Part shown: piece by piece, positions 1 to 9,542 of the stretch
Position numbering within the stretch: the stretch's first letter is position 1
Layout of the letters: each line of letters opens with the position of its first letter
Source of the DNA: an uncultured Melioribacter sp.
GTDB taxonomy: Bacteria > Bacteroidota > Ignavibacteria > Ignavibacteriales > Melioribacteraceae
DNA length: 60,150 bases
Assembly: GCA_964479645.1 (NCBI GenBank)
Contig: CAYZMW010000002.1
Span: forward strand, 1 to 60,150
Reading direction: 5' to 3'
Translations under genes and position numbers: made by a program
Notes under the pieces: generated by a model
What the model saw: the letters and a program-made list of their open reading frames with translations, nothing else
Databases searched by the model: none
Told to the model about the DNA's origin: nothing

Positions 1-1032
1 GGCGAATGGCTCGGCGACGCTTTGTTTGCAACAAACGCAAACGATTGTATCACAGGACAAGCGGGTTCGCCTAATCCTTATTTCGATTTGGTTTTGAGAG
101 GACAAGGAACACAAGTAAATCAAGCGCGCGCGTTGCAACCCACGTTTATGATTTTCTGGCTCGGAAATAACGATATTCTCGGTTATGCAAGTTCAGGCGG
201 ATTTTACCCGCATAACGATGTTAATACCTTTACCGCGCTTTACAGTATGACGTTGGATTCCTTGATGACTACTGGCGCGAAAATGGTTGTTGCAAATATT
301 CCTTATGTTACGTCAACGCCTTATTTTACTACAATAGGTCCGAAAGTTGGTTTGGCAATTAAAGATGCAGTGGATGCCGGATTAGCCGTGGGAGTTTATT
401 ACCAAAAGAACGGTGAGGTCGGCGCTGTTCCTCAAACACAATTTGTTGATTACAACGGACTTTTCCAATTTCAAGTTATTTTAACTTTGGCGGGTTCGAA
501 ATATGCGGCTTTAATCGGACAACCTACGGGGCAATATTACCGCGATATCGGTCTCGACCCCGCATTGGTCGGTGTGGATACCACGCAACCTTTCGGTTTG
601 CATCCGTTGAACCCGTATCCTGATGTTTACACTCTCGATGCCGACGAATTGACGGAAATTAAAAATACGATTGACGGCTTTAACAGCGCAATTGCGACCT
701 TGGCGGCGGCTCATAATATTCCGCTTGTGGATGTTAATACGTTTTTGACCCAAGTCGCAACGAACGGTTACGACGCTAACGGAATTCACTTTACTTCCGA
801 TTATATTACAGGCAACACTTTCAGTCTTGACGGCGTTCACCCGACAAGCAGAGGTTACGCCGTGATTGCCAACTTGTTCATCGAAAAAATTAACGAAGCG
901 TACAACGCTAAAATTCCGAAAGTTGATGTTGCCGCCGTCCCGAACAGCATTTTGTTGCAAGGCTCGGCACCGGCAACGAAAAACGGAATTCCGCAAGTTG
1001 ACCGTTCCGTTATGAATAAAGTTCTTTATTGA
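1..1032 (+). CDS. SGNH/GDSL-family hydrolase (esterase/lipase-like), 5' end outside window
   Basis: The frame is open from base 1 (GEWLGDA precedes the TTG at 22), so the N-terminus lies off-window. FWLGNNDILGY (GxND block) and LDGVHPTSRGY (DxxH block) fit SGNH hydrolases. Confidence 0.7.
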   Translation, partial: GEWLGDALFATNANDCITGQAGSPNPYFDLVLRGQGTQVNQARALQPTFMIFWLGNNDILGYASSGGFYPHNDVNTFTALYSMTLDSLMTTGAKMVVANIPYVTSTPYFTTIGPKVGLAIKDAVDAGLAVGVYYQKNGEVGAVPQTQFVDYNGLFQFQVILTLAGSKYAALIGQPTGQYYRDIGLDPALVGVDTTQPFGLHPLNPYPDVYTLDADELTEIKNTIDGFNSAIATLAAAHNIPLVDVNTFLTQVATNGYDANGIHFTSDYITGNTFSLDGVHPTSRGYAVIANLFIEKINEAYNAKIPKVDVAAVPNSILLQGSAPATKNGIPQVDRSVMNKVLY

Positions 1033-1139
1033 TTTACTGATTTTTATTAGTAAAATTGTAAAATCTCGCTTTACCGTTTTTAGGTAAAGCGGGATTTTCT
1101 TATTATATGGTAAGTGAAAAAATTTTTTACGGAAAAACG

Positions 1140-1631
1140 ATGCGCAAAATAATTCCATATTTGTTGCTATCTTTTGTTTTCGCTTGTTCTTCGGGTGAAA
1201 AAGCATCGAAAAATACGTCTAATTCAAACGATGAAACTTATGTTTTCGATGCCGTCGGGAATGTTGCGGAAAAAGAGACGAAAAACGAAAAAGAAAACGA
1301 AGCGATAACGGAAATTCCCGATAGCGTACAAACGCAAGAGGAAAAAACGGAAGAGGAAGAGACGAAAGAAGAAGTTGAAGAAACAATTCAAGAACCGCTT
1401 TATTTCGTGCAAATAGGGGCGTTTCAAACTCAGGAAGCGGCTGAGGAATTCGTTAAGGAAGCGAAAGAATTGCTGAATAATCAAGAACTGACAATCACGT
1501 TTAGCGATAAGGTTGACCTTTTTGTGGTGCAATTGCCGCCGTTCAAGGATAAAAAAGAAGCGGAGAAAGTTAGAAATCGTCTTTGGAGATACGATAAATT
1601 CAAAGACGCGTTTATTGTAACAGAAGAATAG
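1140..1631 (+). CDS. SPOR-domain lipoprotein (peptidoglycan-binding)
   Basis: The internal ATG at 1140 gives signal peptide MRKIIPYLLLSFVFAC with a lipobox Cys. An E/K-rich linker follows. The C-terminal LYFVQIGAFQTQEAAEEF...FVVQLPPFKDKKEAEKV fits the SPOR pattern. The ORF-track start at 1107 is the alternative. Confidence 0.65.
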   Translation: MRKIIPYLLLSFVFACSSGEKASKNTSNSNDETYVFDAVGNVAEKETKNEKENEAITEIPDSVQTQEEKTEEEETKEEVEETIQEPLYFVQIGAFQTQEAAEEFVKEAKELLNNQELTITFSDKVDLFVVQLPPFKDKKEAEKVRNRLWRYDKFKDAFIVTEE

Positions 1632-1641
1632 GAGGTTAAAA

Positions 1642-2067
1642 ATGGCTTTTTCTTTAAACAAAGTCATGCTCATAGGAAATCTCGGGGGAGACGCCGAAAC
1701 AAGATTTGTCAATGACAATTTTTCGGTTACGGAATTTAATTTGGCAACAACCCGAAGTTACAAGAAAAACGACGAATGGGTTAATGAAACGACGTGGCAC
1801 AAAATTGTCGCTTACAATCTTTCCGATTTCTACAAAGAGGGGCTGAAAAAAGGAAAGAAATTTTACGTGGAAGGCAGATTGCAAAAGCGCGATTACGAAG
1901 ACAAAAACGGAATTAAACGTTACGTTACGGAAATTATAGCGGAGACTCTGATACCGCTTGATGCGCGCGACAGCGGATTTTCCGCGCAAACACCGAGCGA
2001 ACCCGGCGCCTCGAACGTCGCTCCCGAAGCGCTTCCCGACAATAACGACGACGATTTGCCGTTCTGA
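1642..2067 (+). CDS. ssb: single-stranded DNA-binding protein
   Basis: AGGAGG lies upstream of the ATG. OB-fold N-terminus NKVMLIGNLGGDAETRF, and the acidic tip DDDLPF typical of bacterial SSB. Confidence 0.9.
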   Translation: MAFSLNKVMLIGNLGGDAETRFVNDNFSVTEFNLATTRSYKKNDEWVNETTWHKIVAYNLSDFYKEGLKKGKKFYVEGRLQKRDYEDKNGIKRYVTEIIAETLIPLDARDSGFSAQTPSEPGASNVAPEALPDNNDDDLPF

Positions 2068-2096
2068 TTGCAAACGATGTGAGGAAAATCTGATAT

Positions 2097-3371
2097 TTGG
2101 AAACCGAGAGTTTTAATTTAATATTGTTGGCGTTTTTACTTTTTGTTTCCGCGCTTTTTTCGGGTTCGGAAGTTGCGCTTTTTTCATTGGATAAAAAACG
2201 ATTGGAAAAATCCGATGAAAAAGATAAGTTGATAAACAGATACTTGCTCTCGCTTTTGGCAAATCCCCACAGACTATTGGTTACCATACTTTTGGGAAAC
2301 ACTTTGGTGAACGTTGCGGCGTCTATCGTCGCCGTAACGTTTGCTTTGAATTTGTCCGAAAAATTCGGTATTGCCGTTGAACTTGCTCTTACCGCGCAAA
2401 TCGTAATTCTTACTTTGCTGATTATCTTACTGGCGGAAATAACGCCGAAAGTTTGGGCGAGCAAACATCCATACAAATTTTCAAGGATTATCGCGATTCC
2501 GCTTTATTGGACGGCAGTGGTTATTTATCCCGTTTCAAAAGTACTTACCGAGTTTTTCTCGTTCGTGATGAGAAAAATAAAAATTGATAAAAGAAAATCG
2601 GTAATAAAAAGCGAGGAAATTAAACATCTTGCGACGTTAAGCGCGGAAAGAGGCGCGATAGAGGAAGGCGAGCAGGAATTAATTCACGGAATAGTAACTT
2701 TCGGGAGCGTCACCGTAAAGGAAATTATGACGCCTCGCGTGGATATTAAAGCCGTTCCCATCGATGCGAAATACGCCGATGTAATAAAAATCGTAAACGA
2801 TTCGGGAAGAAGTCGTTTGCCGCTTTTTAGGGAAGATTTGGACCATATCGAGGGAATAGTTTACGCGAAAGACCTGCTCCGCTTTTTGAAACATCCGAAT
2901 CCGGATGAGGCTTTGAACATCAGAAAAATTGCGCGAACGGCGTACTTCGTTCCGGAAAATAAATTGATTAACGAACTGTTACGAGAGTTTCAGGAGAAGA
3001 ATATTCATCTCGGCATAGTGGTTGACGAATACGGCGGAACGTCGGGGCTCGTTTCGCTCGAAGATATTTTGGAAGAAATCGTAGGCGAAATTCGTGACGA
3101 GTTCGATAAGGACGAAGTCGAATTTCAGAAAATAAGCGACGATAAATATCTTGCGCTCGGCAAATATTCGATTTCCGATTTGAGCGAAGAACTCGGCGTG
3201 GACTTCGGTTCGGAAAATGAAGATTACGAAACGCTCGGGGGATTTATTTTCAATTATGCGGGAGAGATTCCCGAAAAAGGTTTTTCTTTCGTGGAAAAGG
3301 GCTATCGTTTCACGGTAAAATCTCTGAAAAATCGTCGCATTGAGAAAGTTTTGATCGAGAAAGTCGGTTAG
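2097..3371 (+). CDS. CNNM/CorC/HlyC-family membrane protein (DUF21 + CBS pair + CorC_HlyC), GldE-like
   Basis: Hydrophobic N-terminal ~190 aa, a CBS region (VKEIMTPRVDI...), and a C-terminal transporter-associated domain (SLEDILEEIVGEIRDEFD). TTG start. Confidence 0.85.
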   Translation: METESFNLILLAFLLFVSALFSGSEVALFSLDKKRLEKSDEKDKLINRYLLSLLANPHRLLVTILLGNTLVNVAASIVAVTFALNLSEKFGIAVELALTAQIVILTLLIILLAEITPKVWASKHPYKFSRIIAIPLYWTAVVIYPVSKVLTEFFSFVMRKIKIDKRKSVIKSEEIKHLATLSAERGAIEEGEQELIHGIVTFGSVTVKEIMTPRVDIKAVPIDAKYADVIKIVNDSGRSRLPLFREDLDHIEGIVYAKDLLRFLKHPNPDEALNIRKIARTAYFVPENKLINELLREFQEKNIHLGIVVDEYGGTSGLVSLEDILEEIVGEIRDEFDKDEVEFQKISDDKYLALGKYSISDLSEELGVDFGSENEDYETLGGFIFNYAGEIPEKGFSFVEKGYRFTVKSLKNRRIEKVLIEKVG

Positions 3372-3377
3372 CGAAAA

Positions 3378-3722
3378 ATGATTAAAGGTTGTTTTCTCGT
3401 TGTTGTTTTTTTCGTGATACTAACCGGGGTTCTCTATTACATTTATGAAAAACACGGCGAAGAAATAGACGAATTTGCAAAAGAGCGATACGAATCTTTT
3501 TATGAAAAGAACGTGCGACCTTTTTTCGGAAAGTTTACCGACGATTACGCCGATTCCGTTAAAGAATTTCTCGAAGAAAAATTCGAGGCTCTCGAAAAAG
3601 AAGATTTGAAAATAAGCGAAGGGAAATTCGACGAATTAAAGAAAATGTTATCGGAATATTCAAAACGGAAAGTTATTGATTCAGTGGATTTCCATAAACT
3701 TAAAAAACTTTTCGGGAATTAA
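3378..3722 (+). CDS. hypothetical N-terminally membrane-anchored protein
   Basis: It starts 6 nt after the upstream stop. One N-terminal TM (CFLVVVFFVILTGVLYYIY) is followed by a charged helical region. No family recognised. Confidence 0.5.
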   Translation: MIKGCFLVVVFFVILTGVLYYIYEKHGEEIDEFAKERYESFYEKNVRPFFGKFTDDYADSVKEFLEEKFEALEKEDLKISEGKFDELKKMLSEYSKRKVIDSVDFHKLKKLFGN

Positions 3723-3872
3723 AAATAATTTATCGAAAAAACACCGTATTTCATTGACCGAAACAACTTGTAAGCCTTGAAAAAATTCTTGACGATTGGA
3801 AATTATGCGAAAGACCGTCGCGAATGTTCGCATTTTACCTTAAGCGGAAAATTTTTCCGGTTTAACAAAATC

Positions 3873-3901
3873 TTGACTTTTGGATAAAATAGAAATATAT
3901 T
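3873..3901 (+). promoter_or_regulatory. sigma70-like promoter candidate for rplM-rpsI (TTGACT-N17-TATATT)
   Basis: TTGACT at 3873-3878, a 17-nt spacer, and TATATT at 3896-3901, about 40 nt upstream of rplM. Confidence 0.4.
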
Positions 3902-3940
3902 ATCGGGCTATAAAAAAATTTTTTCTATTTGGAGGATTTT

Positions 3941-4381
3941 GTGAAACAAGAGAAAACGACGAAGTTTATCAAAACGGAAGATGCCGATCGTAAGTGGTAC
4001 GTTGTTGACGCTAAAGATAAGGTTTTGGGAAGATTGGCAAGTGAAATCGCGAAAATACTTCGCGGAAAGCACAAAGCTATCTTTACTCCGAATGCAGATA
4101 CCGGCGATTTTGTCGTTGTAATTAACGCCGAAAAAGTTCGTATGACGGGAAAAAGAGAACAGCAAAAAACGTATTTCCATCATACGCAATATCCGGGCGG
4201 AGGAAAAGAAATTTCTTTTACCGAAATGATGCAGAAACATCCCGAAAGAGTTATCGAACATGCCGTTTGGGGAATGTTGCCGAAAAATCGTCTCGGTAGA
4301 AGACTTATCAAAAAACTTAAAGTTTATGCGGGCGAAAATCATCCGCATGCGGCTCAAAAACCAGAAACATTAAGCTTATAA
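3941..4381 (+). CDS. rplM: 50S ribosomal protein L13
   Basis: [29 protein letters not shown] is the canonical L13 N-terminus. The GTG at 3941 lies 5 nt after GGAGGA (3931-3936). The ORF-track TTG at 3929 overlaps that SD. Confidence 0.9.
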   Translation: MKQEKTTKFIKTEDADRKWYVVDAKDKVLGRLASEIAKILRGKHKAIFTPNADTGDFVVVINAEKVRMTGKREQQKTYFHHTQYPGGGKEISFTEMMQKHPERVIEHAVWGMLPKNRLGRRLIKKLKVYAGENHPHAAQKPETLSL

Positions 4382-4390
4382 GAGGAATAG

Positions 4391-4777
4391 ATGACGGATA
4401 AAATTTTTGTAGGCAGAAGAAAGACTTCGGTTGCAAGAGTATATTTGAGAAACGGTTCGGGAAAAATTACAATTAACAAAAGAGAATTCGAAGACTTTTT
4501 TCCCGTTGATGTTCATCGCAATACGGTTTTACAACCGTTCGTAGTAACGGATACCACGGGAAAATACGACGTTTTCGTTAATGTAAAAGGCGGCGGAATT
4601 ACGGGACAAGCCGAAGCGATTCGTTTGGGAATTGCGCGCGCGCTTGTGGATATTAACGAAGATTTTCGCGGCGTTCTTAAAAGCGAAGGCTTTTTGCGCA
4701 GAGACCCGCGAATGGTCGAACGCAAAAAATACGGACAACCGAAAGCGAGAAAAAGATTTCAATTTTCGAAACGTTAA
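4391..4777 (+). CDS. rpsI: 30S ribosomal protein S9
   Basis: [19 protein letters not shown] and the C-terminal [11 protein letters not shown] are diagnostic. It follows rplM as in the conserved operon. Confidence 0.95.
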   Translation: MTDKIFVGRRKTSVARVYLRNGSGKITINKREFEDFFPVDVHRNTVLQPFVVTDTTGKYDVFVNVKGGGITGQAEAIRLGIARALVDINEDFRGVLKSEGFLRRDPRMVERKKYGQPKARKRFQFSKR

Positions 4778-4832
4778 CAATTTACGTTTATCATTTAAGT
4801 TAACTGATTTATTAATCATTCATACTTTCGGA

Positions 4833-4870
4833 TCCGCTTCCTGTGTCCCCGCGGTGGGATGATAAGCGGA
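4833..4870 (+). promoter_or_regulatory. imperfect nested hairpin in rpsI-rpsB spacer (possible rpsB leader element or processing site)
   Basis: TCCGCTT (4833-4839) pairs with AAGCGGA (4864-4870). An inner TCCC/GGGA stem sits at 4846-4849/4856-4859. There is no U-tract. The element lies 37 nt upstream of the rpsB ATG. Confidence 0.3.
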
Positions 4871-4906
4871 GATGAAGAAAGTAGAAGCAAAACAGGAGAA
4901 ATACTT

Positions 4907-5899
4907 ATGTCAAGAGTAACTCTCAAGCAATTGATTGAGGCGGGCGCTCACTTCGGGCATTTGACCAGCCGTTGGAATCCCAAAATGAAACCTTACATCT
5001 TTATGGAGAAAAACGGGATTCACATCATCGATTTAAGAAAAACCGTTCAATTAATCGACAAAGCCGCCGATGCGCTCTACAGCATTGTTTCGCAAGGTAA
5101 AGGCGTGCTTTTCGTCGGAACGAAAAAGCAAGCGAAGACCGTTATCGCTACCGAAGCGAGAAGGGCTAACAGCAATTGGGTCAGCGAAAGATGGCTCGGC
5201 GGAATGCTTACGAACTTCCAAACAATTAAGAAAAGCATTACTCGTTTGCACAATATCGACAAAATGGAGTCGGACGGTACGTTCGAAAAGATGACCAAAA
5301 AGGAAGTTCTGAAACTTTCCCGCGAAAGAGAAAAACTGAGAAAAGTTCTCGAAGGCGTTGAAAATATGCAAAGACTTCCCGGCGCGCTTTTCATCGTAGA
5401 TATTCGTAAAGAAGCGATTGCCGTTCAGGAAGCGCACAGATTGAATATTCCGATTTTCGCCATCGTCGATACAAACTGCGACCCTGACGTTGTGGATTAT
5501 CCGATACCGGCAAACGACGATGCCGCTCGCACGATTGAACTTATTACAAAAACTTTGGCGGACGTTGTTCTCGAGGGACAAGCTAAAGCCGAGGAACTCA
5601 AAGCCGAATTGAAAGCCGAAGAGGAAAAAGAAAAGAAAATTTCGGAAGACACGAAAGACAAAAGGAAAAGACCTCGCATTCGCAAGGTAAGATTGGACGG
5701 TAAGGAAAAGAAAGGCGGAAAAGGTTCGAAAAAACCCGCAAGGAAAACCGAAGAAGTGAAGAAGGAAGAAACTCAAGCCGAAGAAACAACGGTGAAGGAA
5801 GAAGTTGAAAAAACAGAACCGAAAGCCGAAGAACCCAAAGCGGAAAAGGTTGAGAACAACGAAACCGAAAGCAAAGAAACAAACGAAGAAAAAGAATAA
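4907..5899 (+). CDS. rpsB: 30S ribosomal protein S2 with long K/E-rich C-terminal extension
   Basis: ATG at 4907 preceded by AGGAG (4894-4898). [18 protein letters not shown] and WLGGMLTNF are S2 hallmarks. The ORF-track start at 4859 lies inside the upstream hairpin. Confidence 0.9.
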   Translation: MSRVTLKQLIEAGAHFGHLTSRWNPKMKPYIFMEKNGIHIIDLRKTVQLIDKAADALYSIVSQGKGVLFVGTKKQAKTVIATEARRANSNWVSERWLGGMLTNFQTIKKSITRLHNIDKMESDGTFEKMTKKEVLKLSREREKLRKVLEGVENMQRLPGALFIVDIRKEAIAVQEAHRLNIPIFAIVDTNCDPDVVDYPIPANDDAARTIELITKTLADVVLEGQAKAEELKAELKAEEEKEKKISEDTKDKRKRPRIRKVRLDGKEKKGGKGSKKPARKTEEVKKEETQAEETTVKEEVEKTEPKAEEPKAEKVENNETESKETNEEKE

Positions 5900-5922
5900 A
5901 ATAAATAAAGGATGATTGAAAA

Positions 5923-6789
5923 ATGGCTATTAGTGCAGCAGATGTAAAAAAACTCAGAGAAATGACGGGCGCCGGAATGCTCGACTGCAAGAAAGCATTG
6001 CAGGAAGCCGACGGCGATTTCGATAAAGCGATTGAAATTCTTCGAAAAAAAGGTGCTTCCGTAGCGGCTAAAAGAGCCGAACGTTCCGCAAACGAAGGCG
6101 TTGTTTTAACTAAAATTTGGAACGACGGAAAAACCGGCGCAATTTTGGAAGTCAATTGCGAGACCGACTTTGTAGCAAACAGCGACGATTTCGTAAACTT
6201 CGCGAAAGAAATTCTCGATATCGTTGTAGAAAAACGTCCTGCGAACCGCGACGAGTTGATGAATTTGGAAATCGACGGTGTGAAAGTCGCCGACAAATTG
6301 AACGACGTCATCGGAAAAATCGGCGAGAAAATCGAGATTTCCCGATTTGCGGTGGTCGATACCGAAAACGGAATGGTTGTCGATTACATTCATCACGGCG
6401 CGAATTTGGGCGTAATGCTTAAAATTTGTAACGTTACCGAAAAAACCGACGAACTCGAAACGCTGATGAAAGATATCGCAATGCAGGTTGCGGCGATGAA
6501 ACCGCTTTACGTTAAACGCGACGAAGTTCCTACCGAAGCAATCGAAAAGGAAAAGGAAATTTACAAGGAAGTCGCAAGAAAAGAAGGCAAACCCGAACAA
6601 ATTCTCGATAGAATTGCCGAAGGTAAATTGAACAAATACTTCAGCGAAGTTTGTTTGCTCGAACAAACTTTCGTAAAAGATAACACGAAAACAGTCGGAC
6701 AACTTATCGACGAATACAACAAGGCGCACGGAACAAACGTAACGCTTGAAGCGTTTTATCGATTCCACGTGGCGGACGAAAAGAAATAA
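5923..6789 (+). CDS. tsf: elongation factor Ts
   Basis: UBA-like N-terminus [22 protein letters not shown]. It follows rpsB. Confidence 0.95.
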   Translation: MAISAADVKKLREMTGAGMLDCKKALQEADGDFDKAIEILRKKGASVAAKRAERSANEGVVLTKIWNDGKTGAILEVNCETDFVANSDDFVNFAKEILDIVVEKRPANRDELMNLEIDGVKVADKLNDVIGKIGEKIEISRFAVVDTENGMVVDYIHHGANLGVMLKICNVTEKTDELETLMKDIAMQVAAMKPLYVKRDEVPTEAIEKEKEIYKEVARKEGKPEQILDRIAEGKLNKYFSEVCLLEQTFVKDNTKTVGQLIDEYNKAHGTNVTLEAFYRFHVADEKK

Positions 6790-6811
6790 AACGGTTTAAT
6801 AAATCGAAAAA

Positions 6812-6841
6812 AGGTCTTATTTTTATAAGACCTTTTTTTTT
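6812..6841 (+). terminator. rho-independent terminator after tsf
   Basis: AGGTCTTAT (6812-6820), loop TTTT, ATAAGACCT (6825-6833), then a T-run at 6834-6841. Confidence 0.75.
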
Positions 6842-6857
6842 GTCTGAAAGGAAAAAT

Positions 6858-7595
6858 ATGGAAAGCGAACTCAAATACAAACGCATTTTGCTCAAACTCA
6901 GCGGTGAATCGCTGATGGGCGAAAAAGGCGCGGGGATCGACCCGAAAATTCTCAACTTCTTTTCCGAAGAGATTAAGAAAATTCATGAACTTGGCGTTGA
7001 AATCGGAATTGTAATCGGTGGTGGCAATATTTATCGCGGATTGAACGCGGCGGAGCAAGGCATCGACCGGGTAACCGGCGACCATATGGGAATGCTCGCG
7101 ACGATGATTAATTCGCTCGCATTGCAAAATGCGCTTGAAAATCACGGAATGTTTACGCGGCTGATGAGCGCGATTAAAATGGAACAAATCGCCGAACCAT
7201 ACATCCGACGTCGCGCGGTAAGACATTTGGAAAAAGGACGTATCGTGATTTTCGGAGCGGGCACGGGCAATCCTTATTTCAGCACGGATACCGCGGCGTC
7301 TTTGCGCGCCGTTGAAATCGAGGCGGACGTTATTTTGAAAGGGACGCGCGTTGACGGAGTTTACGACGCCGACCCCGAAAAGAATCCCGAAGCGCTTTTG
7401 TATCGCGAAATTCATTATCTTGAAGTTCTGAAAAAAAATCTCCGTGTAATGGATTTGACCGCAATAAGTCTGTGTCAGGAAAACAATTTGGAAATAAAGG
7501 TTTTTAATATGAACGTTCCCGATAATCTTGTCAAAATCGTAAAAGGCGAAGAAATCGGAACGAGCGTAAAGGAAGTTATTGCAACCAACAATTGA
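6858..7595 (+). CDS. pyrH: UMP kinase
   Basis: [18 protein letters not shown] and [16 protein letters not shown] motifs. ATG 6858 was chosen because the ORF-track start at 6840 lies in the tsf terminator T-run. Confidence 0.9.
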   Translation: MESELKYKRILLKLSGESLMGEKGAGIDPKILNFFSEEIKKIHELGVEIGIVIGGGNIYRGLNAAEQGIDRVTGDHMGMLATMINSLALQNALENHGMFTRLMSAIKMEQIAEPYIRRRAVRHLEKGRIVIFGAGTGNPYFSTDTAASLRAVEIEADVILKGTRVDGVYDADPEKNPEALLYREIHYLEVLKKNLRVMDLTAISLCQENNLEIKVFNMNVPDNLVKIVKGEEIGTSVKEVIATNN

Positions 7596-7660
7596 TTTGA
7601 ACATTAGCGGTGCGATTTCGAAATTTGAGAATTAATGAATAAATTATCTCAGAGGTAATT

Positions 7661-8218
7661 ATGCAAAATAAATACGTTGACGACGCAAAGGAAAGAATGG
7701 AGAAATCCATTGAGGCTTTCAAGCACGAAATGGCGAAAATCAGAACAGGGAAAGCCACCACTGCGCTTCTCGACGGAATTAAGGTCGATTATTACGGCGC
7801 GATGACGCCGCTTAATCAAGTCGCGAACGTTTCCGTGCTCGACCCGCATACGCTGAACGTTACGCCTTGGGACAAATCGATGCTTGAAAAAATCGACAAG
7901 GCTATCTTGCAAGCCGAACTCGGTTTAAATCCGATTAGCGACGGCACGAATCTTCGTATTCCGATTCCGCCGCTTACGGAAGAGCGCAGAAAAGAGCTTG
8001 TGAAACTTGTTAAAAAGTTCGCCGAAGATGCGAAAATCGCTATCAGAAATATTCGTCGCGACGCAAAAGACCACGTTAAGCGACAAGAGAAAAACAAAGA
8101 AATTTCAGAAGACCAAATGCACGATTTGGAAGACGAAATTCAGAAATTGACTGACGAACATATCAAACGCATCGACGAACTTTTCGCGGAAAAAGAAAAA
8201 GAAATTATGGAAATCTGA
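7661..8218 (+). CDS. frr: ribosome recycling factor
   Basis: Full-length RRF pattern (KIRTGKATTALLDGIKVDYYG..., IPPLTEERRKELVK). It follows pyrH. Confidence 0.95.
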   Translation: MQNKYVDDAKERMEKSIEAFKHEMAKIRTGKATTALLDGIKVDYYGAMTPLNQVANVSVLDPHTLNVTPWDKSMLEKIDKAILQAELGLNPISDGTNLRIPIPPLTEERRKELVKLVKKFAEDAKIAIRNIRRDAKDHVKRQEKNKEISEDQMHDLEDEIQKLTDEHIKRIDELFAEKEKEIMEI

Positions 8219-8293
8219 CGACGGGTAAAACGGGGAATTTTTCGCCCGCCGCGTTTTCCTTGCCGCTTTTTTTAAATAATTGGGAATAACAAT

Positions 8294-9076
8294 TTGATTA
8301 CTTGGAACGTAAATCCCGAAATAATCCACGTGGGCCCGTTCTCCATTCGTTGGTACGGGCTTTTGTTTGCTCTCGGCTTTATTATCGGGTTTCAAATTTT
8401 TACGCATTTTTACAGAAAAGAAAACCGAAAGGTCGAAGACCTCAACGATTTGCTCTGGTATATGATACTCGGGACGGTGCTCGGTGCGCGTTTGGGGCAT
8501 TGTCTTTTTTACAATCCCGCTTACTATCTCTCTCACCCGCTTGAAATTTTGATGATTTGGCACGGCGGTTTGGCAAGCCACGGCGCGGCGATTGGCATTT
8601 TGATTTCGCTTTGGCTTTATTCGAAAAGGAAAAAAGACCAACCGTATCTTTGGCTTTTGGACAGAATTGTAATCGTGGTGGCTCTCGGCGGTTCGTTCAT
8701 TCGTCTCGGAAATCTGTTCAATTCGGAAATAATCGGCAAACCGACGAACGCCGACTGGGGATTTGTTTTTACGCGCATCGATAATATTCCGCGCTACCCC
8801 ACGCAAATTTTCGAGTCCGTCGCTTATCTGATAATTTTCGTCGTTCTGATTTATCTTTATGAAAAGGGAATTCATAAAAAGTTTAAGGACGGTTTTCTTT
8901 TCGGATTGTTTTTGATAATGACTTTTTCGTTTCGGTTTTTTATTGAGATTTTCAAAGAAAACCAAACGTATTTCGAAGCGCATTTACCTTTGAACATGGG
9001 ACAAATTCTTAGCATTCCCTTTGTGCTTGCCGGAATTTATTTCGTTTACAAATCGCGAAGGAGCGGTACGGAATGA
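8294..9076 (+). CDS. lgt: prolipoprotein diacylglyceryl transferase
   Basis: IRWYGLLFALGF, WHGGLASHGAAIG and YPTQIFESV motifs in a multi-TM protein. TTG start. Confidence 0.9.
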   Translation: MITWNVNPEIIHVGPFSIRWYGLLFALGFIIGFQIFTHFYRKENRKVEDLNDLLWYMILGTVLGARLGHCLFYNPAYYLSHPLEILMIWHGGLASHGAAIGILISLWLYSKRKKDQPYLWLLDRIVIVVALGGSFIRLGNLFNSEIIGKPTNADWGFVFTRIDNIPRYPTQIFESVAYLIIFVVLIYLYEKGIHKKFKDGFLFGLFLIMTFSFRFFIEIFKENQTYFEAHLPLNMGQILSIPFVLAGIYFVYKSRRSGTE

Positions 9077-9495
9077 CGGAAAGGGAATTCGTGGAAAAGT
9101 GGGCGAATAAAATTTCAGCGGAACTCACCGAATTTCCGCGCGGCTACGGAGAAATTAGCGAAAGCACAAAAATCGCATTTGACGAAAAGACGTTAAAACT
9201 CGGTTCGGAATTTTTCGGCGACATCGAAATTGTAAATTCGCGCGGCGAACAGGTCTTTCTCGCAAAGAATTACACCGAAGCGAAATTTATTCTTTACGCT
9301 TTCAGATTTTCCAATGAAATAACGCTACCTACCGATGATAAGGAAATTGAAAATTGCGTGAAAAACTACGAAAGCTCTCTCGATGATTTCGTAAGGGAGA
9401 TAAAAAACGATTTCGAAATTCATTTCGAAGATAAAACAGCCTTGCTTGAAATTACGAATAAGATTTTCAGAAAATTAAATTTGCAAAGGCACTGA
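9073..9495 (+). CDS. hypothetical soluble protein, translationally coupled to lgt
   Basis: ATGA start/stop overlap with lgt at 9073-9076. The 140-aa product is acidic, has no TM segment, and matches no family I recognise. Confidence 0.5.
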   Translation: MTEREFVEKWANKISAELTEFPRGYGEISESTKIAFDEKTLKLGSEFFGDIEIVNSRGEQVFLAKNYTEAKFILYAFRFSNEITLPTDDKEIENCVKNYESSLDDFVREIKNDFEIHFEDKTALLEITNKIFRKLNLQRH

Positions 9496-9542
9496 CCGCA
9501 AATGTAAAAAGTGACTTTTCTATCAATTAACTATTTGGAAAA

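Noticed and set aside
3378-3722. Calling this ORF GldD because of the ssb-gldE-like synteny
   Set aside because: It has no lipoprotein signal, it is much shorter than GldD, and I see no recognisable similarity.
8219-8293. Terminator after frr
   Set aside because: A T-run is present (about 8266-8272), but I could only draw an imperfect, displaced stem (AAAACGGGG/CCGCGTTTT). That is not enough to call a terminator.
8105-8983. Long antisense ORFs opposite lgt (292 aa), pyrH (6756-7604, 282 aa), leucine dehydrogenase (16066-16833, 255 aa), tsf, rpsB, tuf and others
   Set aside because: These are the same mirror-frame artefact. Each is fully contained in a well-supported conserved gene on the other strand.
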